Of a stretch of 64,000 nucleotides of DNA, positions 51,083 through 60,303 are shown piece after piece; the stretch's first letter is position 1, and each line of letters begins with the position of its first letter. A program made the position numbers and the translations under genes. Source of the DNA: Candidatus Kapaibacteriota bacterium. Its GTDB lineage: Bacteria; Bacteroidota; Ignavibacteria; Kapaibacteriales; UBA961. The notes below the pieces were generated by a model. That model was not told the DNA's origin, made no database searches, and saw only the letters and a list, made by a program, of their open reading frames with translations. The stretch is from NCBI GenBank assembly GCA_049426725.1, contig JBMSYN010000007.1:2291-66290 (forward strand). Direction: 5' to 3'.

Positions 51083-53176
51083 TTATCTGCCTTCTGCGCG
51101 CTTTTGCTGATGTGCTTTAACCATCTCATCTTGCACATTCTTAGGCACTTGAGCATATCGCAAGAATTCCATTGAAAACTCGCCTTTTCCTTGAGTTACG
51201 GAACGCAAGTCGGTTGAATAACCAAACATTTCGCTCAATGGAACTTCAGCTTCAACAACTACATATCCGGCATCCATTGTAGCACCAACGATAACGCCAC
51301 GACGCTGATTGATTTGTCCAATCGCAACACCTTGGAATTCTTCCGGTGCACTAATTTCCAATTTCATGATCGGCTCAAGAATAACCGGCTTAGCTTTCAT
51401 GTATGCTTCACGGAATGCAGCAATCGAAGCAACTTTAAATGCCATTTCAGAAGAGTCAACTGGGTGATCTGCACCGTCATTGATCGTTACGCGAACACCA
51501 ACAACAGGCTGACCAATCAATGAACCTTCAACGATTGCATCACGGAACCCTTTATCGCAAGCAGGAATATATTCACGAGGAATAACACCACCCACAATGT
51601 CATCAACGAATTCATAAGTCTCAACTGCATCTGTTGGCAATGGCTCAAGGAAACCTGCAACACGTGCAAATTGACCCGATCCACCTGTTTGCTTTTTATG
51701 AGTATAGTTGAAATCTGAATTTGAGGTGATCGCTTCACGGAATGCCACTTTGGGTCTTCCAACATTCACTTCGCAATTATATTCACGCTTAATACGCTCG
51801 ATATAAATTTCAAGATGCAATTCACCCATTCCCTTGATGATTGTCTCACCACTTTCCTCATCACGATATACACGGAATGTAGGATCTTCTTTGGTAAAAC
51901 GATTCAAAGCCTTGGAGAAATTTACTTGACCTGATTTTTCTTTTGGACTTACAGCAAGCTCGATAACCGGCTCAGGAACAAACATGGATGTCATCGTTAC
52001 ATTCATGTTGCCATCTGTAAATGTATCGCCCGATGCACAGTCAATACCGAACATCGCAACGATTTGTCCCGGACCCACTTCATCGATATCATGCATCTCA
52101 TCAGCATGCATACGAACAAGTCTCGGAACTTTAACGCGCTTACCATTGGACATATTGGTGATCATGTCACCCTTCTTCACGCCACCTTGATAAATACGCA
52201 TATATGTAAGCTGACCAAAACGACCATCCTCAAGCTTGAATGCCAAGCCAACAAATGGTTTTGCTCTCTCAGCAATCAATTCAACTTTTGCTTCATTTTT
52301 GTCTTGATCCAAACCTTCATTCTTCACATCTTTCGGAGCTGGCAAAAACATTCCAACTGCATCAAGCAAAACTTGAACGCCTTTGTTCTTCATCGCTGAA
52401 CCGCAATACAAAGGAGTAATGCTCAAATTGATTGTCTCACGACGAATGATTGGAATCAATTCCTCTGCAGTGACTTCTTCTTCCATCAAAAACTTTTCTG
52501 CAATTGTATCATCAAAATCAGACAATGCTTCAACCATTGCATGACGACGCTTCTTTGCTTCTTCAACATATTCTGCAGGAATATCTTCTTTGCGAATATT
52601 CTCTCCATTGTCACCGTCAAAGAATATTGCATTCATGTGAAGAAGATCCACAACACCGGCAAATCTATCTTCCAATCCCATAGGGAATGTCATGACAACC
52701 GGACGATGATTCAACTTCTCACGCAATTGCTCGGCAACACGATCAGGATTGGAACCGGAACGATCAATCTTGTTCACGAATGCCAATCTTGGAACATTAT
52801 ATCTTCTCATCTGACGATCAACAGTGATCGACTGACTCTGCACACCCGCAACACCACATAATACCAATACCGCGCCATCAAGAACACGCAATGCTCTCTC
52901 AACCTCAACAGTAAAGTCAACGTGACCGGGAGTGTCAATCAAATTAATTTCATAATCACCCCAGGTGCAGTATGTGGCCGCAGACTGAATGGTAATACCC
53001 TTTTCTCTCTCGAGATCCATGGAGTCCATCGTGGCACCCACACCCGACTTTCCTCTCACTTCCTCAATTTTGTGGATCTTACCTGTATAGAACAAAATGC
53101 GCTCGCTGAGCGTGGTCTTGCCCGAATCAATGTGGGCTGAAATACCAATATTCCGAACTTTTGAGATGTCTGACAT
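51083..53176 (-). CDS. Second, divergent EF-G paralog (mitochondrial/spd EF-G1-like G domain), immediately upstream of rpsL
   Basis: [65 protein letters not shown]...[12 protein letters not shown]...[16 protein letters not shown]. Full five-domain length (697 aa). Clearly diverged from the 47980-50037 copy. Confidence 0.85.
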   Translation of the reverse strand: MSDISKVRNIGISAHIDSGKTTLSERILFYTGKIHKIEEVRGKSGVGATMDSMDLEREKGITIQSAATYCTWGDYEINLIDTPGHVDFTVEVERALRVLDGAVLVLCGVAGVQSQSITVDRQMRRYNVPRLAFVNKIDRSGSNPDRVAEQLREKLNHRPVVMTFPMGLEDRFAGVVDLLHMNAIFFDGDNGENIRKEDIPAEYVEEAKKRRHAMVEALSDFDDTIAEKFLMEEEVTAEELIPIIRRETINLSITPLYCGSAMKNKGVQVLLDAVGMFLPAPKDVKNEGLDQDKNEAKVELIAERAKPFVGLAFKLEDGRFGQLTYMRIYQGGVKKGDMITNMSNGKRVKVPRLVRMHADEMHDIDEVGPGQIVAMFGIDCASGDTFTDGNMNVTMTSMFVPEPVIELAVSPKEKSGQVNFSKALNRFTKEDPTFRVYRDEESGETIIKGMGELHLEIYIERIKREYNCEVNVGRPKVAFREAITSNSDFNYTHKKQTGGSGQFARVAGFLEPLPTDAVETYEFVDDIVGGVIPREYIPACDKGFRDAIVEGSLIGQPVVGVRVTINDGADHPVDSSEMAFKVASIAAFREAYMKAKPVILEPIMKLEISAPEEFQGVAIGQINQRRGVIVGATMDAGYVVVEAEVPLSEMFGYSTDLRSVTQGKGEFSMEFLRYAQVPKNVQDEMVKAHQQKRAEGR

Positions 53177-53261
53177 AGCTGTCTAAACCTACCGCAATAG
53201 AATATTTATGAAGATGTTTACTTATCTAAATTGAACGATTCTTCGCGTAAAGCGAAGACAA

Positions 53262-53291
53262 CAAAATTACGGGAAAAGGGGCAATTGACAA
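53262..53291 (-). promoter_or_regulatory. Candidate promoter for the EF-G paralog (TTG-N19-TAatTTTG)
   Basis: Minus-strand reading TTGtcaattgccccttttcccgTAATTTTG, about 85 nt upstream of ATG 53176. A 6-bp hairpin, cttcgc/gcgaag (53241-53257), lies just downstream of the box. Confidence 0.45.
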
Positions 53292-53428
53292 AATTAAATC
53301 GCTGATTTTTAGAATTTTACGGCATTTTCCACATAGCTTCGAGTTTTGCCCTAACTTTCAATGCTTGAGCGTTTTAAGGTCTTTTCCACAGAATAATGTG
53401 GAGATGATGTGGAGAAGTTTGGAAGGAT

Positions 53429-55081
53429 TCAGGGCTTTACGATAAATTTTCCAGTAGCTGTCTCGGGATTGCCCTCTTTGTTTACGGTAAATATGTAAAC
53501 ACCCGGCTCAAAACCCTGTATTTCTTCTAATTTTGCCATAAGCATGGTAAATGAGGTGGAAGAATTGTCATAATCTATGCTTACAGGTACTTGCTTAGAT
53601 ATCACAGGCATTCCGGATGGGGTAAATATCTTTACTTCAACTATATCTCCTGGAATGAGCATGCTTGGCACCGGAAGATTGATTGATTTATGGGTACTTA
53701 GGATGAGTGGATTTGGATATACTCTAGAGGCGGAAAGTAGGTATTTCCCTCCGGCAAGTCGAATCAAAGAGCAATTTGGGATGGAATTCGTATTGATGTC
53801 CGCATAGTAATCAGACAATCCAATCGGTGTTTTGCTCCCATCATTGTTGACAATAACCGAATAAGCAATGTCTTGAGAACCAATATTTCTGAAATATTCC
53901 TGATAAGCTGTTGAAATCAGAATGTGTGCTGTGTCCGCAATCTCACCAAATCCAGAGAGAATGCACGAATTCAAACTGAATTCATAGGGAAATATACTTC
54001 CTGTAAGCATGCCTATAGGATCTGCGGAATCAATCTTTCCTTTCAATTCGGGAAATACACGGGCATCTCGAAAAATTTCATGTGAATCTTTGTTGACTGC
54101 TCTTTTTCCCGTGAGAAACACTCGCTCCTGATAGCCGCACCATAATTGATGTAATGGCGTGGAATTGTTTTGCAGAGCCATTTCCAGAGCATGATAGGCA
54201 TAGGTTTTTCTCCCAATTTCCTGCCAAGTTTGAAGCATTGGATCATACCCCACTTTGGCATGTACATATTCGAGGAATAATGCATTGGCATAACCTGAAC
54301 CGATTTCTTGAACATAACGCTGCCCAAATCGATTCAACTTCGGCTCGAGAAAATAGTTTCGGACATAAAAATGATAATCTTTGATGTCGGGATAGATGTG
54401 AAATTCCAACCAAGTCGAGAACATTTCATAAAATGACACATCATATTGCTGATCATTCATTCCATAATTTGCCAATTGAATCGCATGATGAAATTCATGT
54501 GCAGCAGTAATCTTCAATGCATCCAATCCGAAGGTATTGAATGATTGATTGCCAAAGCCATTCTTGTCGGAGATGCTGTAATTGTTGTCTACTTCTATGA
54601 ATGTGCGCGAGTATGAATGACGAGATGTGGAATTTGGCAATGATTCAATAACAGTTGTCAATCCATAATAGCCCTGATCGGCAAATTCTATGATATACAC
54701 ATCATAAGGTGCTGTTCCATTTTCTCCATTATTGGGAGGTGGTGGAAATCCCATTGAATCAACTTCAATCGCATAGGCATATTCGAATGCTCGAGCACAT
54801 TCCTCAACATAATCGGGGACAGTGTTTTTGTTATTGTCCGTTTGATCTACAGCACCTTCACCCAGTTTCGAATAATGAATCTTGAAATGATTGTTTGAGG
54901 AAACAAATGAAAAAGGCAAATCCGGTGCAAGCGGGCTTTCTCCCTTGCGAAGGGCTTCCTGCCTTGCATGGAAGCGATTGCCGAATGTACCGCATTTGTC
55001 AGCCAACACGTGTGAAGGGAATGACAACAATGCAAAAAGCAATGCAATTTGCAGTACAAGTGTAGAAAGAATTGAATTCAT
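53429..55081 (-). CDS. T9SS-secreted putative zinc metalloprotease (HExxH)
   Basis: Signal peptide MNSILSTLVLQIALLFALLSFPSHVLA. ITAAHEFHHAIQL (HExxH). C-terminal CTD RVYPNPLILS...VEVKIFTPSGMPV...GVYIFTVNKEG...GKFIVKP. Confidence 0.6.
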   Translation of the reverse strand: MNSILSTLVLQIALLFALLSFPSHVLADKCGTFGNRFHARQEALRKGESPLAPDLPFSFVSSNNHFKIHYSKLGEGAVDQTDNNKNTVPDYVEECARAFEYAYAIEVDSMGFPPPPNNGENGTAPYDVYIIEFADQGYYGLTTVIESLPNSTSRHSYSRTFIEVDNNYSISDKNGFGNQSFNTFGLDALKITAAHEFHHAIQLANYGMNDQQYDVSFYEMFSTWLEFHIYPDIKDYHFYVRNYFLEPKLNRFGQRYVQEIGSGYANALFLEYVHAKVGYDPMLQTWQEIGRKTYAYHALEMALQNNSTPLHQLWCGYQERVFLTGKRAVNKDSHEIFRDARVFPELKGKIDSADPIGMLTGSIFPYEFSLNSCILSGFGEIADTAHILISTAYQEYFRNIGSQDIAYSVIVNNDGSKTPIGLSDYYADINTNSIPNCSLIRLAGGKYLLSASRVYPNPLILSTHKSINLPVPSMLIPGDIVEVKIFTPSGMPVISKQVPVSIDYDNSSTSFTMLMAKLEEIQGFEPGVYIFTVNKEGNPETATGKFIVKP

Positions 55082-55082
55082 G

Positions 55083-55502
55083 TCAACGGAACATTTCTTT
55101 GATCATACCCCAGGTGCGACGAATGCCGCTCACGCTGTGACTTACACTCACGATATTTGAATAGGAAGCGGAATTGTCATACGCAATCACTTTGATTCTA
55201 TATGAATAAATCTTCCCCAAAATCCGCTCATTATTACCACCCTTCATCAATGCATTTTCATCTATGTAACGATAAGTGCTTTGCGCACCCTTCGGTTCTA
55301 TGATTGCAATTGATCGAAAACCTTCACCCGATGAGGAACGCTCCAACTCATAACTGCGTATTCCTTTTTCGATGCTTGGACGCCATTCGATGGTAATGAC
55401 TTTCCCATCGGATTTCGCTGTCATTTGATCGAATGTGACCTCAGCAGCGATGATACTCATCGTTGCGAGAAATATGATTACTATGGATTTGATGAATTGC
55501 AT
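55083..55502 (-). CDS. Small secreted Fn3/Ig-like protein, unknown function
   Basis: Signal peptide MQFIKSIVIIFLATMSIIAA. The pattern VITIEWRPS...IRSYELERSS..GEGFRSIAIIEPKG..STYRYIDENA...YSYRIKVIAYDN..SYSNIVSV suggests a beta-sandwich. Its stop lies 1 nt before the next ATG. Confidence 0.5.
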   Translation of the reverse strand: MQFIKSIVIIFLATMSIIAAEVTFDQMTAKSDGKVITIEWRPSIEKGIRSYELERSSSGEGFRSIAIIEPKGAQSTYRYIDENALMKGGNNERILGKIYSYRIKVIAYDNSASYSNIVSVSHSVSGIRRTWGMIKEMFR

Positions 55503-55506
55503 GACA

Positions 55507-55537
55507 CAAACATAGGTTTTGAACTTGTGAATGACAA
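55507..55537 (-). promoter_or_regulatory. Candidate promoter (TTG-N20-TAtgTTTG) ending 4 nt before ATG 55502, implying a leaderless or near-leaderless mRNA
   Basis: Minus-strand reading TTGtcattcacaagttcaaaaccTATGTTTGtgtcATG. Confidence 0.35.
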
Positions 55538-55559
55538 GTAAAAAAAGCGAGAAATGGCT

Positions 55560-56309
55560 TTATTCCATGCCTCTAACGGCATCCCACTTTTTCTCAACGG
55601 AAGTTTTTCCCCTCAATACGGTTTTATACCCTTCAACACGATGATGCATGATATCTTCTCTGATTTCATCCATGAGTTGGGTGAGTCTATAAGAAATATG
55701 ATCTGTCATTTCCTGCTTCTTGGAATACAACTTCGAAGAAAGCAATTCGGGTTCACCTATGGAAAGCCATGCTTCTGGTTGCTGCTCTTTGAGAAAGTCA
55801 TATCTGATTGCCACGGGCACGCACCACGCTTCACCCAGCAATTCCACGAGATTGCTGATTCCGGAGAATGTTTGAATGGGTCGGATCTCTTGATGAATCA
55901 ATTCACCTTGAGGAAACATCCATAAAACTTTTCGTGTGTTTTTTACTAGATCCACGGCATATTGAATGGATTTCACTGCCGAGCGCGCATTGCTTCGATG
56001 AACGGAAAACATTCCGATATTGTTGAAGAATTTGTATTTCTTCAATTGCTGTTCTTCCATCATGCCATAAGACTCAATGCCAAAATGTGCATTGGTCAAT
56101 GCAATTGCCAAACCTGCATCCCACCAGCCACCATGTGAACAATATACGATCAAGGGTATGGCATCACCTGCATGATGCTTGTTCATTTTCCATGGTTTCA
56201 GATGAGATTCTCCTTTCACGCGACATGCATGAAAAGTTTTACGCAAAGAACGGGAAAAATACCATCCCAATATCTTGCGCCATAATGGAGAATGTTTGGC
56301 TTGAATCAT
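55560..56309 (-). CDS. Lysophospholipid/1-acyl-sn-glycerol-3-phosphate acyltransferase family protein (PlsC-like)
   Basis: HX4D motif in VYCSHGGWWDAGLA; FPQGE-like motif WMFPQGEL. The start is ATG 56309 or TTG 56336. Confidence 0.55.
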   Translation of the reverse strand: MIQAKHSPLWRKILGWYFSRSLRKTFHACRVKGESHLKPWKMNKHHAGDAIPLIVYCSHGGWWDAGLAIALTNAHFGIESYGMMEEQQLKKYKFFNNIGMFSVHRSNARSAVKSIQYAVDLVKNTRKVLWMFPQGELIHQEIRPIQTFSGISNLVELLGEAWCVPVAIRYDFLKEQQPEAWLSIGEPELLSSKLYSKKQEMTDHISYRLTQLMDEIREDIMHHRVEGYKTVLRGKTSVEKKWDAVRGME

Positions 56310-56390
56310 GAAGTGATAACCATGGTTTTGATTCAACTAATTCTTGCTAATTTATGGCAATCGCATGAATAAACATTGCCATCGGCTTAC

Positions 56391-56912
56391 ATGTTCCGAC
56401 GAAATCCTACATATATCGCCTTATTGATCTTGATTCCTGCATTGATGATTTCCTCATGCACGAATCCATTTGCACCAAAATTATCAGAAAACCCACTTGG
56501 TGAAAATGTATTTGCTGATCAGAAAACCGTGGATGGAATCTTTCAGAATTTTCGCAGTGCTTATCTGTATAAAGATACATTGGCTTATGGAAAATTGCTC
56601 GATCAACAATTCATTTTCATTTACAGAAATTATGAAACGGGTGTGGATGGAACATGGGGGAGAGATCAAGAAATGTTCACGACTTCCGGTTTATTCAATG
56701 CCGCACAAAATCTTGACTTGATGTGGAATGATATTGTTGTTTCATCGGGAGATAGCACAAGTGTAGACATAGCACGGGGATTTAATCTGACGATTACTTT
56801 CAATCCGCAGGACATAGTTCGAGTTCAGGGAAGGGTGAATCTCCAATTGAAAAGGCCAACACCAAATGACAATTGGAAAATTGTCAGATGGAGAGATGAA
56901 TCAAATTATTGA
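56391..56912 (+). CDS. Lipoprotein of unknown function
   Basis: MFRRNPTYIALLILIPALMISSC is a lipobox. Start at ATG 56391; the track start at 56376 is TTG. The 3' end overlaps the convergent GT2 gene by 7 nt. Confidence 0.5.
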   Translation: MFRRNPTYIALLILIPALMISSCTNPFAPKLSENPLGENVFADQKTVDGIFQNFRSAYLYKDTLAYGKLLDQQFIFIYRNYETGVDGTWGRDQEMFTTSGLFNAAQNLDLMWNDIVVSSGDSTSVDIARGFNLTITFNPQDIVRVQGRVNLQLKRPTPNDNWKIVRWRDESNY

Positions 56913-57631
56913 TTCTTGGTTTTGATTTTTCCAAAGAGCCACATCACTTGTAATTTCCACACCAGAAATGCTGCTTCATAGACGATGTTTTTACTCATCT
57001 TCGAAACACCTGATCTTCGATCGATGAATACAATCGGAATCTCTTTGATGCGGGCACCGGCTTTCCATAATCGATAATTCATTTCAATTTGAAATGCATA
57101 GCCATTCGAATGAATGTCATTCAAATCAATCTTGCTCAACATCGATGCACGAAAACACTTGAAACCGCCCGTTGCATCTTTAACCGGCATGCCCGTTATG
57201 ATACGCGTGTAGACATTTGCACCATAACTCAAAATCAATCGACGCAGTGGCCAATTGACAACATTCACTCCATTTGAATAGCGTGAACCAATAACCAAAT
57301 CATTGTTTTCAATTTCTTTGAGAAAGCGTGGAATATCTTGAGGATCATGAGAAAAGTCTGCATCCATTTCCATGATCACATCATATCCCATCCCAAGTGC
57401 TTTTGCAAAGCCCTCGCAATATGCAGTACCCAAACCCATTTTCCCGGGACGCTTTAATAAATGAATGCGAGAGTCAGATTTCATTCTTTCTTCTACTCGA
57501 CTGCTGGTGCCATCCGGTGAATTATCGTCAACAATCATGACATGTACATCAGCTGCATTCAAAACAGCCGTCAGGATATTGTCGATATTATCGAGTTCAT
57601 TATATGTGGGTATGATGATGATTGCTTTCAT
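56906..57631 (-). CDS. GT2 polyprenol-phosphate sugar synthase (Dpm1/Ppm1/ArnC-like, e.g. polyprenol monophosphomannose synthase)
   Basis: IIIPTYNELDNIDNIL...VMIVDDNSPDGT...MEMDADFSHDP...GSRY. About 240 aa, soluble catalytic type. Confidence 0.7.
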   Translation of the reverse strand: MKAIIIIPTYNELDNIDNILTAVLNAADVHVMIVDDNSPDGTSSRVEERMKSDSRIHLLKRPGKMGLGTAYCEGFAKALGMGYDVIMEMDADFSHDPQDIPRFLKEIENNDLVIGSRYSNGVNVVNWPLRRLILSYGANVYTRIITGMPVKDATGGFKCFRASMLSKIDLNDIHSNGYAFQIEMNYRLWKAGARIKEIPIVFIDRRSGVSKMSKNIVYEAAFLVWKLQVMWLFGKIKTKNQ

Positions 57632-57642
57632 GAATAAATCCC

Positions 57643-59127
57643 TTAAGCCTGACCATGTCCTTTGAATACTCGAATCACGGTGCGAATGATGATTTCTATG
57701 TCGAGTTGAAGTGACATGTTTTCAATATAGTAAAAATCATGCTTGAGCCGATTGGTGATTTCCTCAATCGATTCTTGATAATTTCTGTAATGAATCTGAT
57801 TCCAACCTGTAAGACCCGGACGAATCACGAGTCTTCTTGTATAGTATGGCAATTCTTTTTTGAATTTATCAACGAAGAATGGCATCTCGGGTCTTGGACC
57901 AACAAGACTCATCTCTCCTTTGAGCACATTCCAAAATTGCGGCATTTCATCGAGATGTGATTTACGCAAAAATCTACCAATGCGTGTAACACGAGGATCA
58001 TTCACTACTGCCCATTTTTGTCCACCGGCTTCTGCATCCACAACCATGGATCTGAATTTATACATCGTGAATACTCTTCCATTTTTTCCAACTCTTGTTT
58101 GCTTGAAAATGACGGGTCCTTTTGAATCCAATCGAACAAGCAAAGCGGTGATGAGCAAAAATGGAAATCCTAGAATCAAAACGCATGCACTGAGCGCAAT
58201 GTCTATCGCACGTTTGATAAATCGTTCCCAAGTTTTCATGAGCTCAGGATTGATATCAATCAAAGGCATCCCATGAATCGCAAGTAATCTCGCTTGACCC
58301 GTGAAGAATTCATATAAATCGGGTTGGATCTTAACGCCAATGCCGAGTTCACGACATTCCATCACAAGATCTATCATCCATCGATGATTGAGTCCGTCCA
58401 TCATCACAACAAGATCTGCAGGTCTTTCATTTTTGACAATTTCATGTATGTCTTGCACATATCCCAGAATGGGAATTGTCAATGCTTCACTCTTCGCAAT
58501 TGCTTTCCATCTCTGCAAATCCGATTCGCTTTTCAATACAATTCCTTGAACCTTATACCCCCAAGATGGATTTTCCTGCATGATGGTAAACATTTCAAGC
58601 ATTGCATCGGGCGCACCCATGAAAATGGTTGATACTTTGATGACTCCTTTTCTGCGAAGAAATCGTTGGAGCATGCGTCCGATTATGCGAATGAGTACTA
58701 CCAGGATTGTGAGTATCAATGCATAGAGGACAATCTTCAAACGAAAGCCACGAAAGTTTGCACTCGTGAACAAAATTGCAAGAAAGATAAGAATGCTTCC
58801 AAAACTCACAGCCCGAATGACGGTGAACATTTCGGTAAATGGCGAACGCACAAACCAATTGCGGTAGAGTCCGGAAAGCCAGAATAATGTCATCCAATAC
58901 AATACCAATAATGGCATGACACTCAATATGAGTGTCTGCATTGTGGTTTCATCAGAGAGAGGCAATGTTGTGGTATAGAATCCAGTAACAAATCCCAATA
59001 GCAAAAACACAGGCAATGCTGAAGCAATGGCTATGATGTCACCACCCAATTGAAAAATTGCCGGTGTTGATTTGGCGGCAAAATCTCGAATCCGTTTATG
59101 CAATGATATGTGATTGTGTGATTTCAT
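57643..59127 (-). CDS. Polyprenyl glycosylphosphotransferase (WbaP/'bacterial sugar transferase' family), priming enzyme
   Basis: N-terminal TM bundle. C-terminal KRAIDIALSACVLILGFPFLLITALLVRLDSKGPVIFKQTRVGKNGRVFTMYKFRSM...LDEMPQFWNVLKGEMSLVGPRP. Confidence 0.85.
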   Translation of the reverse strand: MKSHNHISLHKRIRDFAAKSTPAIFQLGGDIIAIASALPVFLLLGFVTGFYTTTLPLSDETTMQTLILSVMPLLVLYWMTLFWLSGLYRNWFVRSPFTEMFTVIRAVSFGSILIFLAILFTSANFRGFRLKIVLYALILTILVVLIRIIGRMLQRFLRRKGVIKVSTIFMGAPDAMLEMFTIMQENPSWGYKVQGIVLKSESDLQRWKAIAKSEALTIPILGYVQDIHEIVKNERPADLVVMMDGLNHRWMIDLVMECRELGIGVKIQPDLYEFFTGQARLLAIHGMPLIDINPELMKTWERFIKRAIDIALSACVLILGFPFLLITALLVRLDSKGPVIFKQTRVGKNGRVFTMYKFRSMVVDAEAGGQKWAVVNDPRVTRIGRFLRKSHLDEMPQFWNVLKGEMSLVGPRPEMPFFVDKFKKELPYYTRRLVIRPGLTGWNQIHYRNYQESIEEITNRLKHDFYYIENMSLQLDIEIIIRTVIRVFKGHGQA

Positions 59128-59133
59128 TAATAT

Positions 59134-60291
59134 TCAAATGCGTTCCCATGTTGAAGAAGAATTGCTCCTCAACACATGAATCCATGCTCCAAGCAAACTG
59201 ATTTGCAATCGTACAAAAATACATGCTTGACGAATAGGCATTATTCGAATTCCCAAAAAACCGGGTATGGATACTATGAGGATTCCAATGAAACAATGCA
59301 ATATGATTTTGCCAAGCATGGATCCTTCATGCCAAGCTAGGAATGAAGTGGAAATTGCCAACAAAAAGAAAAATGGCATGAGCCAACGAAGCATTTTACG
59401 TGACCACAAAAACAATGAGACGAGCCCATATTTTGGTGATAGCAATTCTTCTGCCTCCGCAACTGATGCCAAGCCACAAGCGGCAAATCGTTTGGCTTGC
59501 TTGAATTCCATTCCGGGAGGAGATGTCCGTATTTCATAAGCACATGCATAAGGATCTGCAATGACTCTTTTTCTTGCTAGCAATACATTCAGAATTGGCA
59601 TATAATCATCACAGACTTTGTCATTTGGCAATGGCTTTCGATATCTTCTTCTCAATGCGTAGCAATGTCCTAAACTTGTGACTGTTGAAGCAAGTTGAGA
59701 TTCCATAGACCTTGTTTGAAATTCCAATGATCTATATGCGGAATGTTCCTCTGCATGATTATCTCTCGATGTATTCATTGGTGAATCAATCGAAGTACCG
59801 ATAACAGCACCAATGTCTTGATTGATGAATCTCGCACACATGGAATGCAATGCACCGGCTTGAAGTCTGACATCAGCATCCAAATGAACAATCACTTCTG
59901 AATCTGAATGCTTCACCAAGTATTCATTGACTGCATTTTTGCCTCTTCGAGACAAATCATGCACATGAAGATTGGGATATATTGCTTGGAGTCTGCGAAC
60001 AATATTCACTGTTTCATCTGTGGAGCCATCACTACCGACATATACAGCGCATTGCGGATAATGTTGCGCATAGATTGTGTGAATCGCATCTTCAATGTAC
60101 TCTGCTTCATTATATGCGGCAATCAATATTGCAATTGATGGCAATGATGCATCTTCAACTTGTTGTCTATCCAAAGAATGCAATGCATGCTTTCTAACTT
60201 TCATCAATATCTTCAGCAGCAATGGATACAATGCATAAGGATAGAAGATCAGAAAGAGAAGTATAATCGAGCAAACAAGCAGGATGGTCAT
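59134..60291 (-). CDS. Membrane-anchored family 2 glycosyltransferase
   Basis: PSIAILIAAYNEAEYIEDAI...VGSDGSTDET...HLDADVRL, plus C-terminal TM helices. Confidence 0.7.
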   Translation of the reverse strand: MTILLVCSIILLFLIFYPYALYPLLLKILMKVRKHALHSLDRQQVEDASLPSIAILIAAYNEAEYIEDAIHTIYAQHYPQCAVYVGSDGSTDETVNIVRRLQAIYPNLHVHDLSRRGKNAVNEYLVKHSDSEVIVHLDADVRLQAGALHSMCARFINQDIGAVIGTSIDSPMNTSRDNHAEEHSAYRSLEFQTRSMESQLASTVTSLGHCYALRRRYRKPLPNDKVCDDYMPILNVLLARKRVIADPYACAYEIRTSPPGMEFKQAKRFAACGLASVAEAEELLSPKYGLVSLFLWSRKMLRWLMPFFFLLAISTSFLAWHEGSMLGKIILHCFIGILIVSIPGFLGIRIMPIRQACIFVRLQISLLGAWIHVLRSNSSSTWERI

Positions 60292-60303
60292 GAATTGTTT
60301 GCC

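Noticed and set aside
47980-53176. The two EF-G genes as an assembly duplication, or one of them as a pseudogene.
   Set aside because: The proteins differ throughout, so they are not near-identical copies. Both frames are open at full length and all GTPase motifs are intact.
53385-53402. Hairpin tccaca-gaataa-tgtgga downstream of the protease gene as its terminator.
   Set aside because: The stem is only 6 bp, it is AT-rich, and no U-tract follows on the coding strand. That is too weak to annotate.
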